The translations under genes were made by a program, and so were the position numbers. From Convolutriloba macropyga (taxonomy: Eukaryota): a stretch of 64,000 nucleotides of DNA. The notes under the pieces were generated by a model. The model was not told the origin of the DNA. It was given only the letters and a program-made list of their open reading frames with translations, and ran no database searches. The stretch lies in contig NC_134473.1 in NCBI RefSeq assembly GCF_964194025.1, forward strand, positions 5,456,001 through 5,520,000, read 5' to 3'. Below are positions 51,183 to 64,000 of this stretch, one piece after another (the first letter of the stretch is position 1; each line of letters begins with the position of its first letter).

Positions 51183-54100
51183 TTGATTCCGCTCTTCAGC
51201 TGCTGTTATGTGGCGTAATGTCACCATCTCTGATCCTCATTATCATTGAGTTATAAATGAAATGTTTTTTATCATAAATGATTTAACAGGCACTTTTAGG
51301 AAATCAATGTTAATTGCTCTCAAAAGCAAATCGGTCAAGCGAAAAGCAATTTTTTGCTTGGCCGATTTTTTGTCTGGACTCATTTGACTTTCGTATTCAG
51401 AAACGGGATAAACAGGCAGCGCCCTGAGGCCACCACACTAAACCTTGGCTAGCTGTTGACGACGCCAACCGGTCGCCGGTCGTTTGAGAGCAGTTCGACC
51501 GACGTTAGTCGGTTATGTTTTAGCTCATTGATTTGTTCTGCTGTTTTAGTTAGGGTTTGAAAAGACGCTTTATAAATAACAAGTTTCTAGATACCAAAAT
51601 AGAACAGCTTTGTTGCTGTCACTTATTATTTGTGTGTGACAAAATTTGACAAAAAATAAACGATGGTTATTTTCATAAGTTTTGCCGTTTATCGTTTTCT
51701 TTATAATCTCAGACGAGTTCTTTTATTTACATTGGCAGATGCATTGTTTTATGTGCTTTTTTAATACTGTTATTTGACTAATAGAACTTTATTAAATTTT
51801 ATGTGCCCTTGTAATTTAGAAGGTTTCATTATTTTCTGTTTTTTTAGACTACGTTGCTTTTGGGAGTTTAGTTTCATAAATTGAATTCAATATTTTTGCC
51901 CACAGATTCAGCCTTTTGTGATGAAAAGTCAAATTAGAGCGGTCATCTTAGTCACTCTGACAGTTGAAAAACAAGCAGGTTGAGACGTGATTTGCTTCAC
52001 ACTAACTTTAAATTTGAAAGAAAAATAGGTTTCCGAACAATTCTTCGGTGTTTGAGAAGGATTTCTGTTCACGTGCGTCAATTTGACTTCTGTTTCTTAT
52101 ACTTCGTCTTCTTAGTGCTGTCAGTGTTATAATCATGTTTTCTAATTGAGTCTTTTTGAAATTGCTTGAATTATTCAACAGGTAGCTAATTGTTGGTACG
52201 ACTTTGAGACCATTTGTTGTCATAAAACTGTTGGTTTTTGGTAGTGTTTCTATCTCTGTTGTCTTGTCTAATAGTATCACTACCAACAAGTTGCATTGGT
52301 ATGTAACAATGCATTAACGAACCTAAGAGATGGTTCAAGTGCACAGCTATTAGCTTTCATCAAGTTGAAACTATTTGTTTTAAAAGTTATTGGCGAAATT
52401 TTGAGCTTGCGAGTGGGTTTTTGTTTTCAGAAAAATTAGTCATTTAATTTGTTAGTTTCACTTTAAATTTATTGCCCTATAAGGTACGCGGAACTTCCTC
52501 TAGGGTTTGATAATATGTTACTGTGGAGTTTATAGATGTAATGGAATGTTCTTCAAGATTTTAATATCACGAATTTAACATTTTTAAATATATTTGCAAT
52601 TTTTTCATGTTTTTGAATTTTTTTCGGCAACAGAGGCCCTGTGACTTCCTCCAAGTCCTAATAGCTGCTGCATAGTTTTTAGAGTTAATGGGATTGTGAT
52701 CAACTTTTTTTATTCCAGCTTTAGTAATATTTAAAAACTTTAAAACATTTAGTTTTAAAGTAATAAAATTTAAACTTTTCAAATTTTTGGAAAATTTTTA
52801 TGTTCCAAGTGTATGGATCTTTATGAGCCAGTGAAACTATTACAGGCTCAAAACAGAGAAACTGGATAGTCTCCTGAGACAGTGAATTGGTTCTCAAGAT
52901 ATTAATGTCTTGAATTCTAACAAGATTTTGTTAAAATTTGCATTTTTCAAATTTTTTCAATATTTTTTGTCCTTTTCTGAGTTTAACGACCATTACCGGC
53001 CAACGAAACTTTTCAATTCATGGAGATGGGTTACTTGACAGAACTTTTGAGACAAAAAAATGCTTTTGATATTTTATTGCGGAGTTCAAAACTTTTTTAA
53101 ATTTTACCTTTTTCAGTTTTTTTTTCTGATTTATTTATTAAACTTGTTAAGGAGCAGTGTCGAATCCAATCATGAAAGATGTTCCTGTCTCCTTCTATCT
53201 CTTTGGGCTGGGGTTCCTTTCCTTCTCTTTCTCGTTCACATTTTATCTCTCTCTCTCTCTCTCTCTCCTTCTTTGTTGATTCCGCTCTTCAGCTGCTGTT
53301 ATGTGGCGTAATGTCACCATCTCTGATCCTCATTATCATTGAGTTATAGTTGAAATGTTTTTTATCATAAATGATTTAACAGGCACTTTTAGGAAATCAT
53401 TGTTAATTGCTCTCAAAAGCAAATCGGTCGAGCGAAAAGCAATTTTTCGCTTGGCCGATTTTTCGTCTGGACTCATTTGACTTTCGTATTCAGAAACGGG
53501 ATAAACAGGCAGCGCCCTGAGGCCACCACACTAAACCTCGGCTAGCTGTTGACGACGCCAACCGGTCGCCGGTCGTTTGAGGGCAGTTCGACCGACGTTA
53601 GTCGGTTATGTTTTAGCTCATTGAATTGTTCTGCTGTTTTAGTTAGGGTTTGAAAAGACGCTTTATAAATAACAAGTTTCTAGATACCAAAATAGAACAG
53701 CTTTGTTGCTGTCACTTATTATTTGTGTGTGACAAAATTTGACAAAAAATAAACGATGGTTATTTTCATAAGTTTTGCCGTTTATCGTTTTCTTTATAAT
53801 CTCAGACGAGTTCTTTTATTTACATTGGCAGATGCATTGTTTTATGTGCTTTTTTAATACTGTTATTTGACTAATAGAACTTTATTAAATTTTATGTGCC
53901 CTTGTAATTTAGAAGGTTTCATTATTTTCTGTTTTTTTAGACTACGTTGCTTTTGGGAGTTTAGTTTCATAAATTGAATTCAATATTTTTTCCCACAGAT
54001 TCAGCCTTTTGTGATGAAAAGTCAAATTAGAGCGGTCATCTTAGTCACTCTGACAGTTGAAAAACAAGCAGGTTGAGACGTGATTTGCTTCACACTAACT

Positions 54101-57100
54101 TTAAAGTTGAAAAAAAATAGGTTTCCGAACAATTCTTCGGTGTTTGAGAAGGATTTCTTTTCACGTGCGTCAATTTGACTTCTGTTTCTTATACTTCGTC
54201 TTCTTAGTGCTGTCAGTGTTATAATCATGTTTTCTAATTGAGTCCTTTTGAAATTGCTTGAAATTTTTAACAGGTAGCTAATTGTTGGTACGACTTTGAG
54301 ACCATTTGTTCTCATAAAACTGTTGGTTTTTGGTAGTGTTTCTATCTCTGTTGTCTTGTCTAATAGTATCACTACCAACAAATTGCACTGGTATGTAACA
54401 ATGCATTAACGAACCGAAGGGATGGTTCAAGTGCACAGCTATTAGCTTTCATCAAGTTGAAACTATTTGTTCCAAAAGTTATTGGCGAAATTTTGAGCTT
54501 GCGAATGGGTTTTTGTTTTCAGAAAAATTAGTCAATTAATTTGTTAGTTTCACTTTAAATTTATTGCCCTATATGACGTTAACAACTGTTTTCAACAAAG
54601 ATCGAGATTACGGGCTTTGCAAGATCGTTGCCAACTTTGCTGTCTTTTCCTTTATTATTCTTAAAGACAGTTCTCAATGGTTGTTAAGGAAGCATAATTT
54701 AATCAAATTGATTGTCTCAAATCACAGTTAAGGCTATCTTTGTCTCATAAGTTCTTCATTTAAAAATTTGTTTTGCTTTGTTGCCTTAAGACTTAGTTTC
54801 ACCAATGACTGATTTCAATCCTTTGTTAATGGGAAATATGTGAATTTTTTGCCTGATTAATAGGAATCGTTTTTATGATATTGCACTAATTTATAACAAA
54901 ATATTATATTTCCTTTTTTGTCTCTGATGTTCTGTTGCTTATCTTGTCGTCTCATTGCTTTGTCCCATAAGTAATTGATCTTACTGATGTTGGTCCTACT
55001 GGTGCATCTTATTATTGCTGCTTTTTTGGTCTTATCTTTGGCCTCAAATTTAAGCTAACGTTTTTAATTAGTTAGATCATCCTTTTAACTGAATTTGTGA
55101 GACCTTAATTTCATTTGTAGTTTTATTATGCTATCTTCAACTATTAGTAGTGCCAATTGATGCTCTCTAACTTCCTGAATTTTATTGTATGTAGTGCTTA
55201 AGGATTTTTAACGTAGTTATGTGATTCTTTATTGTGACGCCTTTAGCTTACAAAAAATTCTTTTTCTGCCAATTACTTCGGATTTTGCTTTATTTTTTGT
55301 TCGTCTGGCATTATTTTGCATGAAGTTTTTCTATTTTATATTTTTCTAAAAATCCGTCAAAATTTTCAGAAAAACTTTCATACACCACTCGATCTTGAAC
55401 GTTGTAATTGCTTTCTGATTTGCACATGTTCGATTTTGCTCGAGTAATTCAGGACTTGCTCTGCTTTTTATTTTATTCGCCGAATAAAAATTTGTTTCTT
55501 TTTACCGTAGTTCACAGATTTTTCAATATTTGACTTCAAATCATTTTGGTTCGTCTATGCTTGTTTTATTGTTCGTTTTTTCTTTACTCTGCTTGAAACG
55601 CTTCTAAACAGCAGTTGCTCAGCAGACCAAAACAAATTTAATGGAGTAACAAAAAAAGAAATCAAGAAAAGAAATGGGATAAACCCATAGAGCCCAATTT
55701 TAGATGATCTTATTTTAACATTGTTCACATAGGTTTTAGTTACCATTTTATTACTTTTTTGGCAATGATACCAGTAGCATGGTATCCCCTCATTAAGAAT
55801 CAGGAGGATCTCTAACTATTGATTGGGGCCAAAATAGTTCCCACTCAATTTTTTTTGTACAGAAACATTTTCCATTTTTTGCTCTTTCAATCCCAACGGG
55901 TTGGAGTTATGGGAATCTGCTGATCTCCGGCAATCTGTCTTGTTTTGTTTTAAATATCTTTAGTTGTCTTTTAAAGATAATGTTCATTACACTAATAATA
56001 GTCAGGTTGTTACAATTATTAAAAATAATTAAAATTTTTTTCAGCTATTTTTTAAAACTATTCAGCCAAATTTCAAGGGTCAAAAAAGCTTCCGTTAGGG
56101 TTTGATAATAAGTTATTGGAAAATTTTTCTTGGTCATGGATTAATTTTCAAATTTTTGATATCAAGTTTTAGCAATTTTTTTTAAAACTTTTTGAAGTTT
56201 TTTGAATTTTTTTGAATTTTTTTGTCATTTGTTAGCTTTCTCTAGACTCAAGGGCCACAGAACTTCCTCTAGGGTTTGATAATAAGTTACTGCATAGTTT
56301 ATAGATGTAATGGAATGTTCTTCAAGATTTTAATATCACGAATTTAAGCATTTTTAAATATATTTGCAATTTTTTCATGTTTTTGAATTTTTTCACTCAA
56401 CAGAGGCCCTGTGACCTCCTCCAAGTCTTAATAGCTGCTGCATAGTTTTTAGAGTTAATGGGATGGTGATCAACTTTTTTACTCCAGCTTTAGTAATATT
56501 TAAAAACTTTAAAACGTTTAGTTTTAAAGTAATAAAAATTAAACTTTTCAAATTTTTGGAAAATTTTTATGTTCCAAGTGTATGGATCTTTATGAGCTAG
56601 TGCAACTATTTCAGGCTCGAAACAGAGAAACTGGATAGTCTCCTGAGATAGTGAATTGGTTCTCAAGATATTAATGTCTTGAATTCTAACAAGATTTTGT
56701 TAAAATTTGCATTTTTCAAATTTTTTCAATGTTTTTTGTCCTTTTCTGAGTTTAATTACTGGCCAACGAAACTTTTCAAGTCTTGGAGATGGGTTACTTG
56801 ACAGAACTTTTGAGACAAAAAAATGCTTTTGATATTTTTTTGCGGAGTTCAAAACTTTTAAATTTTACCTTTTTCAGTTTTTCTTCTGATTTATTTATTA
56901 AATTTGTTAAGGAGCAGTGTCGAGTCCAATCATGGAAGATGTTCCTGTCGCCTTCTAATTGAGTCTTATCGAAATTGCTTGAAGTGTTCAAGAGGTAGCT
57001 AATTGTTGGTATGACTTTGAGACCATTTGTTGTCATAAAACTGTTGGTTTTTGGTAGTGTTTCTATCTCTGTTGTCTTGTCTAATAGTATCACTACCAAC

Positions 57101-59065
57101 AAGTTGCACTGGTATGTAACAATGCATTAACGAACCTAAAGGATGGTTCAAGTGCACAGCTATTAGCTTTCATCAAGTTGAAACTATTTGTTTCAAAAGT
57201 TATTGGCAAAATTTTGAGCTTGCGAGTGGGTTTTTGTTTTCAGAAAAATTAGTCATTTAATTTGTTTGTTTCACTTTAAATTTATTGCCCTATATGACGT
57301 TAACAACTGTTTTCAACAAAGATCTAGATTACGAGCTTTGCAAGTTTGTTGCCAACTTTGCTGTCTTGTCCTTTATTGTTATTAAAGACAGTTCTCAATG
57401 GTTGTTAAGGAAGCATAATTTAATCAAATTGATTGTCTCAAATCACAGTTAAGGCTGTCTTTGTCTCATAAGTTCTTCATTTAAAAATTTGTTTTGCTTT
57501 GTTGCCTTAAGACTTAGTTTCACTAATGACTGGTTTCAATGCTTTGTTAATAGGAAATAAGTGAAATTTTTTATTTGCCTGATTAATAGGAATCGTTTTT
57601 ATGATTTTGCACTAATTTATAACAAAACATTGTATTTCCTTTTTTGTCTCTGATGTTTTGTTGCTATCTTGTCGTCTCATTGCTTTGTCTCATAGGTAAT
57701 TGATCTTACTGTTGTTGGTCCTACTGGTGCATCTTATTAACGCTGCTTTTTTGGTCTAATATTTGGACTCAAATTTAAGCTAACGTTTTTAATTAGTTAG
57801 ATCATCATTTTAACTGAGTTTGTGAGACCTTAATTTCATTTGTAGTTCTATTATGCTATCTTCAACCATTAGTAGTGCCAATTGGTGCTGTTTAACTTCC
57901 TGAATTTTATTGTATGTAGTGCTTAAGGATTTTTAACGTAGTTATGTGGTTCTTTATTGTGACACCTTTAGCTTACAAAAAATTCTTTTTCTGCCAATTT
58001 CTTCGGATTTCGCTTTATTTTTTGTTCGTCTGGCATTAATTTGCATGAAATTTTTCTATTTTATATTTTTCTAAAAATCCGGCAAAACTTTCAGAAAAAC
58101 TTTATGTTTCATACACCACTGGATCTTGAAAGTTGTAATTGCTTTCTGATTTGCACATGTTCGATTTTGCTCGTGTAATTCAGGACTTGCTCTGCTATTT
58201 ATTTTATTCGCCGAATAAAAATTTGTTTCTTTTTGCCGTAGTTCACAGACTCTTCAATATTTGACTTTAAATCATTTTGGTTCGTCTATGTTTGTTTTAT
58301 TGTTCATTTTTTTTTCTTTACTCTGCTTGAAACGCTTCTAAACAGCAGTTGCTCAGCAGACCAAAACAAAATTAATGGAGTAACAAAAAAGAAATCAAGA
58401 AAAGAAATGGGATAAACCCATAGAGCCCAATTTTAGATGATCTCTACTTGAAAATTGTTCATATAGGTTTTAGTTACCATTTTATTACTTTTTTGGCAAT
58501 GATACCAGTAGCATTGTATCCCCTCATTAAGAATCAGGAGGATCTCAAACTATTGAATGGGGCCAAAATAGTTCTCACTCTCATTTTTTTTTGTACAGAA
58601 ACATTTTCCATTTTTTGCTCTTTCAATCCCAATGGGTTGGGGTTATGGGAATCTGCTAATCTCCGGCAATCTGCCTTGTTTTGTTTTAAATTTCTTTAGT
58701 TGTTTTTTAAAGATAATGTTCATTACACTAATAATAGTCAGGTTGTTTCAATTATTAAAAATAATTAAAATTTGTTTTCAGCTATTTTTTAAAACTATTT
58801 AGCCAAATTTCAAGGGTCAAAAAAGCTTCCGTTAGGGTTTGATAATAGGTTATTGGAAAATTTTTCTTGGTCATGGATTAATTTTCAAATTTTTGATATC
58901 AAGTTTTAGCAATTTTTTTTTTAAAACTTGCAATTTTTTTGAAGTTTTTTGAATTTTTTTGTCATTTGTTAGCTTTCTCAAGGGCCACGGAACTTCCTCT
59001 AGGGTTTGATAATATGTTACTGCATAGTTTATAGATGTAATGGATTGTTCTTCAAGATCTTTTAA
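50608..59065. repeat. Complex tandem array of 2-3.8-kb near-identical blocks (50608-52480 ~ 52710-54573; 54232-56330 ~ 56955-59065; third partial copy 56480-56955)
   Basis: Repeated ORF-track peptides at 50961/53060 and 52008/54022/56794, plus direct sequence colinearity. Confidence 0.9.
51147..51179. repeat. (CT)n microsatellite; others at 53245-53267 and 61702-61737; (CTA)n at 1409-1472; poly-G at 18661-18678
   Basis: Directly visible. Confidence 0.95.
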
Positions 59066-61036
59066 CATGGAATGTTCTTCTTTTTGTGATCGTGTGTGTT
59101 TTTATGCAAGTTTATTGATGGACTGTTTTTGCGTTTTTCTAGAATATTCAGTGACTTCTTTAGGAACTATTTCACACCTTTCAATTCATGTTTGATTAAT
59201 CTAAGTTGGGATTGCACCCGTAAAATCCTTACATGATCGCACCCGTAAGTTTTTCAACCCGTAACAAATTCTGAATTGTATCCGCTATTAATTAAATTGC
59301 CCCCGTCCATCGTGTGAGAACAATTCATCCAACGTTAGTTGATAAATGTTTTTTTTCTAGGAAATGAGCAAACAACGGTGAAATTATACAACTCTTCTCT
59401 ATTTCTTACAGATTTTTCTTTTTTTGCGGCGTGTCTTCTAATCAGCAACCTATTAGGAGTGACTTTGAAGCCGGAAATGCCACTTAAAAATAAGCAAAAA
59501 TTTGTAGCTGAACAAACTCAAAGAGCTGAGGGAGAGAGATCTGTTTTTTTGTTCAACTGTGAATTTCGCCAGCTTTTTGGTTTCGCATGCCTTTTCCTAT
59601 AATATCTTCAGCGGACTATATGAATAACTAATCCAATGCACAATGAAGAGTTTTGTTGATTACGAAGAGTTTTAAGCTGATATGAGGTTTTTCTACTATT
59701 TCACGCATTTTGGGTCTGTTTTGGCAATTTTTAGTTAGTTTTTATTGGTTGAATTAGAATTATTAAGAAAACTTTCAATCGTTGGTATGTTTCTTTTACG
59801 GTATTGGGTCAATTAGTACGAAGTATGCCAATAGATTGCGCAACAATTGTTTTCATGATTGTATAACCATGCAGATTTTTTTGTAGTTTAAGGTCCTTTT
59901 ATGCTCTGATTTTTTTTGTTTCCGGAAGTTTTCTAATTATGTTTTGTTAACCAGAGAAATTTTAGTAACAAAAGATACAAAATTGAATATTGCACGTAAG
60001 AGCAGATGTCTAGGTCAACATGGTGAACAGAAACCAAACGCAGTGAAGAAAGTGAAAAAAAGAGTATTTTACAATCAGACATTGTTTTGTAGAGAGCACG
60101 AAAGTGACCAAGTTGTTTCTGTTGCACTTCCGAACAACTTAAGCATTCGTTTTTTCGCTAAGCTTTTAGACTCAACTAAGAGTCTTTTTTATATTCCGTT
60201 ACTGACAGCTGATTTATAGGTTTCATTGTAATGTTTTTTATAAGTTTTATAGTTCATAGGCAAAAATTTTACTTTCTCATCCATTCATTCAACAACTAAT
60301 TTAAATCGTTCTGATTGAGTTTTAATTTTTTGTCAAAAAATCAACTGGTGTGAACTGTGCCCCTTGTTGTTTATTCATCGCTCTTTTTCGATTTTTTTGT
60401 GTTTTAGGCTGTTTTTCATATTAAATCTGTTATTCCTTGTTAACTTTTTTGGAGACTTTTGAATGAACACATCATCGCTAGAATTCGTGAGGAACTTTCG
60501 TAAAATAATAAAATATTGATAAATTTTTGTCTGTTTTTTGACCAATTTGGTTGACATTTTTCAGGTTTTTTAGGTGCTTGGCAAATTTTTTCTGCTTGTA
60601 ATATTTGTTTGCGTGGTTAATCTAGTTGTCTAAAAGAAGCTTAAAGTAGGTTGGTGCCTGTCAAGCAAGCCGATAAGCAAGCGAGCCAAATTTAGAAAAT
60701 GAGGTCTAGTGAATCGAAAATTTTTGGCATACCCGTATTTTAAGTTGCCCCTGGCGGGCCAGTGCGCGCAATTCGCGCGCGTCTTGATAACCGGCTCAAC
60801 GTTTGCGGGTTACATCCCACATAGGATGCGAGGCATGCCCACGGAAAGCGGTACGCTGAGGCCCGTACTCATTAGATTTCTAACAATTGACGTATTTTTG
60901 TTTCTTTGGTGCTTTGGAATACATTATGCACTATAAAACTATGTGCCGTGTTAAATTGTAATGGTTTACAATGTATTATTTCTGATAGATAACAAGACTA
61001 TCACATAACGTTTGGCTTGTTTTCAAGTCGGTTTTC

Positions 61037-61206
61037 GGATCTTTTCCGTTTGTGCCCCCCCCCCCCCCCCAGTACGTTTTGCTCCCCCCAGTTACAGAGC
61101 ACGTGCCTTTACATGGTAAATCATTATGTAAAAACATGGCAAGTGCGTCTGAGGAGTGCAAATAATATGCGCCCACTAAGCTGGGGGGGCACAAACGGAA
61201 AAGGCC
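61037..61206. mobile_element. Second copy of the same MITE
   Basis: Same TIRs and body as 33994-34159; flanks CGGTTTTC / CGGTTTGC. Confidence 0.85.
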
Positions 61207-61698
61207 CGGTTTGCTTTTACTTCGGCATACTTTGCGTTCACATAATATTTCACATTTGCAGATAAAGTGAATTTTTCGATTTTGTTATCATTTCTTCGTA
61301 CTTTTTGTGAAATTTGGTTTTGCTACCAGTTTTTTTATGCGCATTAGTTTTGCTCTTTTTATCGCGCCCGTACACTATACAAATTTGTTAAACTGGTAGG
61401 TGTAATTAGGGAAAAATGATATAAGAAAGTGTCGTTCATTTTCAAATTTCTTTCTGTAGTTGATCAAACCTAATTAGCGTGCAGTTTTCAGTCAACAGGC
61501 GGCCTGGTAATAACTTTTTTTCCGAGTTCAACTGGTTAATTGAGTATAATCGGCCCACATTTCTTTAGGGTTTTCGGTAATTTTTTGTCAAAAAAGAACA
61601 ATAGTTGATCACAGCTTTTCTGTTTTAACTTCTTTAGCATTTGAGTTAAGTTTGGTCCTTTTCTTTTTTTGTGTGCAAGTGATGTATGTTTTTACAAC

Positions 61699-61742
<44 letters not shown>

Positions 61743-61825
61743 TTATCAATCGTTAATTAAATTTCAACCAAGTCGGAGTAGAGTGCTTCTGGCCTTAACT
61801 TTAGTCTTATCATTGATTTTTATTG

Positions 61826-61920
61826 AACGCGACATGCTCACGAGAGATATGCTCACGAGATATGCTCATTCAACGCGACATGCTCACGATTGTTTTTTGC
61901 GACATGCTCACGAGAGATAC
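61826..61920 (+). repeat. Short tandem repeat (GACATGCTCACGAGA-like, ~5 units)
   Basis: ATGCTCA recurs five times within 95 bp. Confidence 0.8.
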
Positions 61921-63723
61921 TAGTAAACAGTCCAGGGATGGAATTATATTGTTTTTGCAAACGCTTGTGATTTGTTGTCGCAATTGTTCCCGGTTTCTAT
62001 TGCCGAATTCTATCGGCTATGCTTTTAAATTAGCCAAGTTTCAGTGAAACATGTCATATAAGTCATATCGTTTTCTGTGCTTTTTGGACTACTTTTTTTT
62101 CTGATAAATAATAATTTTTTGAATTTGTTCTATTGAAGAAACTTAGTAAATTTTTGTACGCCTTTTTGTTTAAGTTTATGCCTATCGAGTGTTTTTTTAA
62201 GAAAATTTTTTGCCTAGAAAAGATATATGGCTCTTTTTTTCTGATACAAAAAGAGTGTCGAGGGTTTGCGGGGCCAATTTTTTGCTTATTTTTGCATTAA
62301 TGCCTTCTGTTTTCTTATTATCCTTTTGTCATCTTTTGTGTGATGGTCATTGATGGAAGAGAAAGGGTGTCAGTTGTTGGAGGCGAACGGTGTCATCTCG
62401 GGAGAACAGTTGTTGAGGCATCGCACTTTTTAAAGAAAATTTTGACAGGTTTTTACAGTTCTGTATGTTTTTTGCTTAATTTCGTGTTCCTTTTCCTTAG
62501 TTCTTTCGGCATATATCATTTCACTACTTTTTAACGTAATCTAATAGATCGGTGGAACAAATTATATTGTGAATAAATTTACTGGCCCAAATTGTGAATA
62601 TTTTCCATCAAATATCTTTTTGCCCCTTTTGTTTAACCCTTTTGTTTCTCATATGTAATTTTACGTTTTCAATTGTTAGCTGAAAATCCAGTTTAACATT
62701 GAGCTGATACTGAGTCTTCCTACTATCTTTTCATAAGATTGTTCACATCTCTAAAACAGATGAGAGGTGTACTTTTATTCACGCCCAAACACTAAGTGCA
62801 GCGAAAAGGTTATTGGTACTACGACTTGAAATTTTATATATGTTACTTTGTACTTTATTATCTACGGCTGTTGTTTTATATTGTTACAGTATAGCTAAAA
62901 ACTGTGAATAATCAAAACTTTGCTCTGTATTTAAATTTTTGTTCATGCGCGGCAATGTCTTATTTATGAATTTTAATCCATGTTTCTATTTTTCAAAATT
63001 AACTCCTTATTATTTCCAGGTCTAGTGTTTTGTCTAGTCATTGAAATTTCTTAAATTTTAGCTAATTATTTGTCGTTCTTTGTTTTATTTTTTTGCTTTC
63101 ACATTTTTAATTGTATTTAGTATTCAGCTCTAATTTTTAAGTTCGAGCATCGAAGTAAATTAATTTGAGCAGAAATGAAATAAAACTATCTACTTGTTAA
63201 AAGTTACCTGAGTTCTCAAAATCTGCAAAAATAAAAGCACAAATGAATAACGCATTAAGAAAATGTCTCAGAGTTTTTAAAAATGACTACCGATAAGGTT
63301 TCAATTCAATCTTTTTTCTATAGTCAACGTCATAAAGTCGTTATATAAAGCAACGTTCAACGTATAAGTATTGGTAGCAACGTATTAACTCATCGACAAA
63401 GCCACGTAGAAGAACAACATATTTAGATTACAACGAACATAGCAACAAGTGGTTTTTTAGACGGTAATTTTTGATGCTCTTTTAGCCGGTATTTTGTCTG
63501 ATAATGAATCAGTTCATTGCCAGTCACCATTTTGTACCAATGCATCCAAAAACCCGGAAATTACTGAGCCGAATCATGTCTTATTTGATAGGTCTTATGA
63601 TTAGTTTTACTTGAAATTATGTTACTTTCACTTTTTCCGAGCTTTGTACGTAAAATGGAACAATTTCTATGCGTATTTAAATACTCGATTCTGATTGGAT
63701 AATAATCTCTCGCTTACATCTAT

Positions 63724-64000
63724 TTAGTTACTAACATCCTGCGGTCCAGAAGAAGATGCTGGGAGAATGGGTACTAATTTAACCAGCGGGCGAACGAGCG
63801 ATCCGGTAGACGTGCGCAGGACAGCGGAGCGTGCGACGCTGTCGGAACCGTAACGAAGTTCAATAATCCGAGCAGTAGGATAGTAACCCTTTGGGTTGGT
63901 CTCTTCAACTACCCAGACCAAGTCACCGGTCTTAAGATGTTGCTCGGTAGGCGTCTGCCATTTGGAACGTCGGTTCAGCGCCCGTACGTACTCTTTGATC
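63724..64000 (-). mobile_element. 3' end of a BEL/Pao LTR retrotransposon polyprotein (DUF5641-like post-integrase domain); continues beyond the window
   Basis: IKEYVRALNRRSKWQ...LKTGDLVWV...YPTARI...GSDSVARSAVLRT...VRPLVKL. The ORF runs through a GGACCGCAGGA-TGT junction (PPT / 3' LTR start at 63736). Confidence 0.88.

Noticed and set aside
46549-62534. Many 60-120-aa F/L/K-rich ORFs
   Set aside because: They reflect T/A compositional bias inside repeats, mostly with non-ATG starts and no recognisable motifs.
63620-63736. Exact extent of the BEL/Pao 3' LTR
   Set aside because: The start at 63736 is plausible, but the other end (TGTTAC at 63620 or further left) cannot be fixed without the partner LTR, which lies outside the window.

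Overview
AT-rich, repeat-dominated eukaryotic (invertebrate animal-like) genomic DNA, not prokaryotic. Host genes are all on the + strand: (1) the last exon of an RS/RE-rich protein that the ORF track misses (7479-7716); (2) an intronless ALDH7A1/antiquitin (8248-9864); (3) an intronless IDI1 (19086-19910); (4) a six-exon, ~787-aa protein with two divergent Tudor domains and long disordered regions (32624-44554). Mobile DNA: a decayed Gypsy LTR retrotransposon with both LTRs, PBS and a 5-bp TSD (10065-18335, -), which separates ALDH7A1 from IDI1; a decayed APE-type LINE carrying a degenerate 2A/StopGo motif (~25600-32250); the 3' end of a BEL/Pao element at the right edge; and a ~165-bp MITE family with 8-bp TSDs. 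Most remaining intergenic and intronic DNA resolves into at least four unrelated non-coding families that share the Helentron/DINE-1 (HINE) end architecture: sub-terminal inverted repeat, 3' hairpin, CTNG-type end, insertion into T-runs. These nest in each other, almost all in one orientation. Several recent 2-3 kb tandem duplications are present. Best leads: the HINE system, the tight co-oriented gene trio with splice acceptors just before the ATGs (candidate trans-spliced operon), the W/G-rich double-Tudor protein, the 2A-bearing LINE, and the Gypsy element whose gag ATG is formed by the LTR/PBS junction. All coordinates and difference counts were read by eye.
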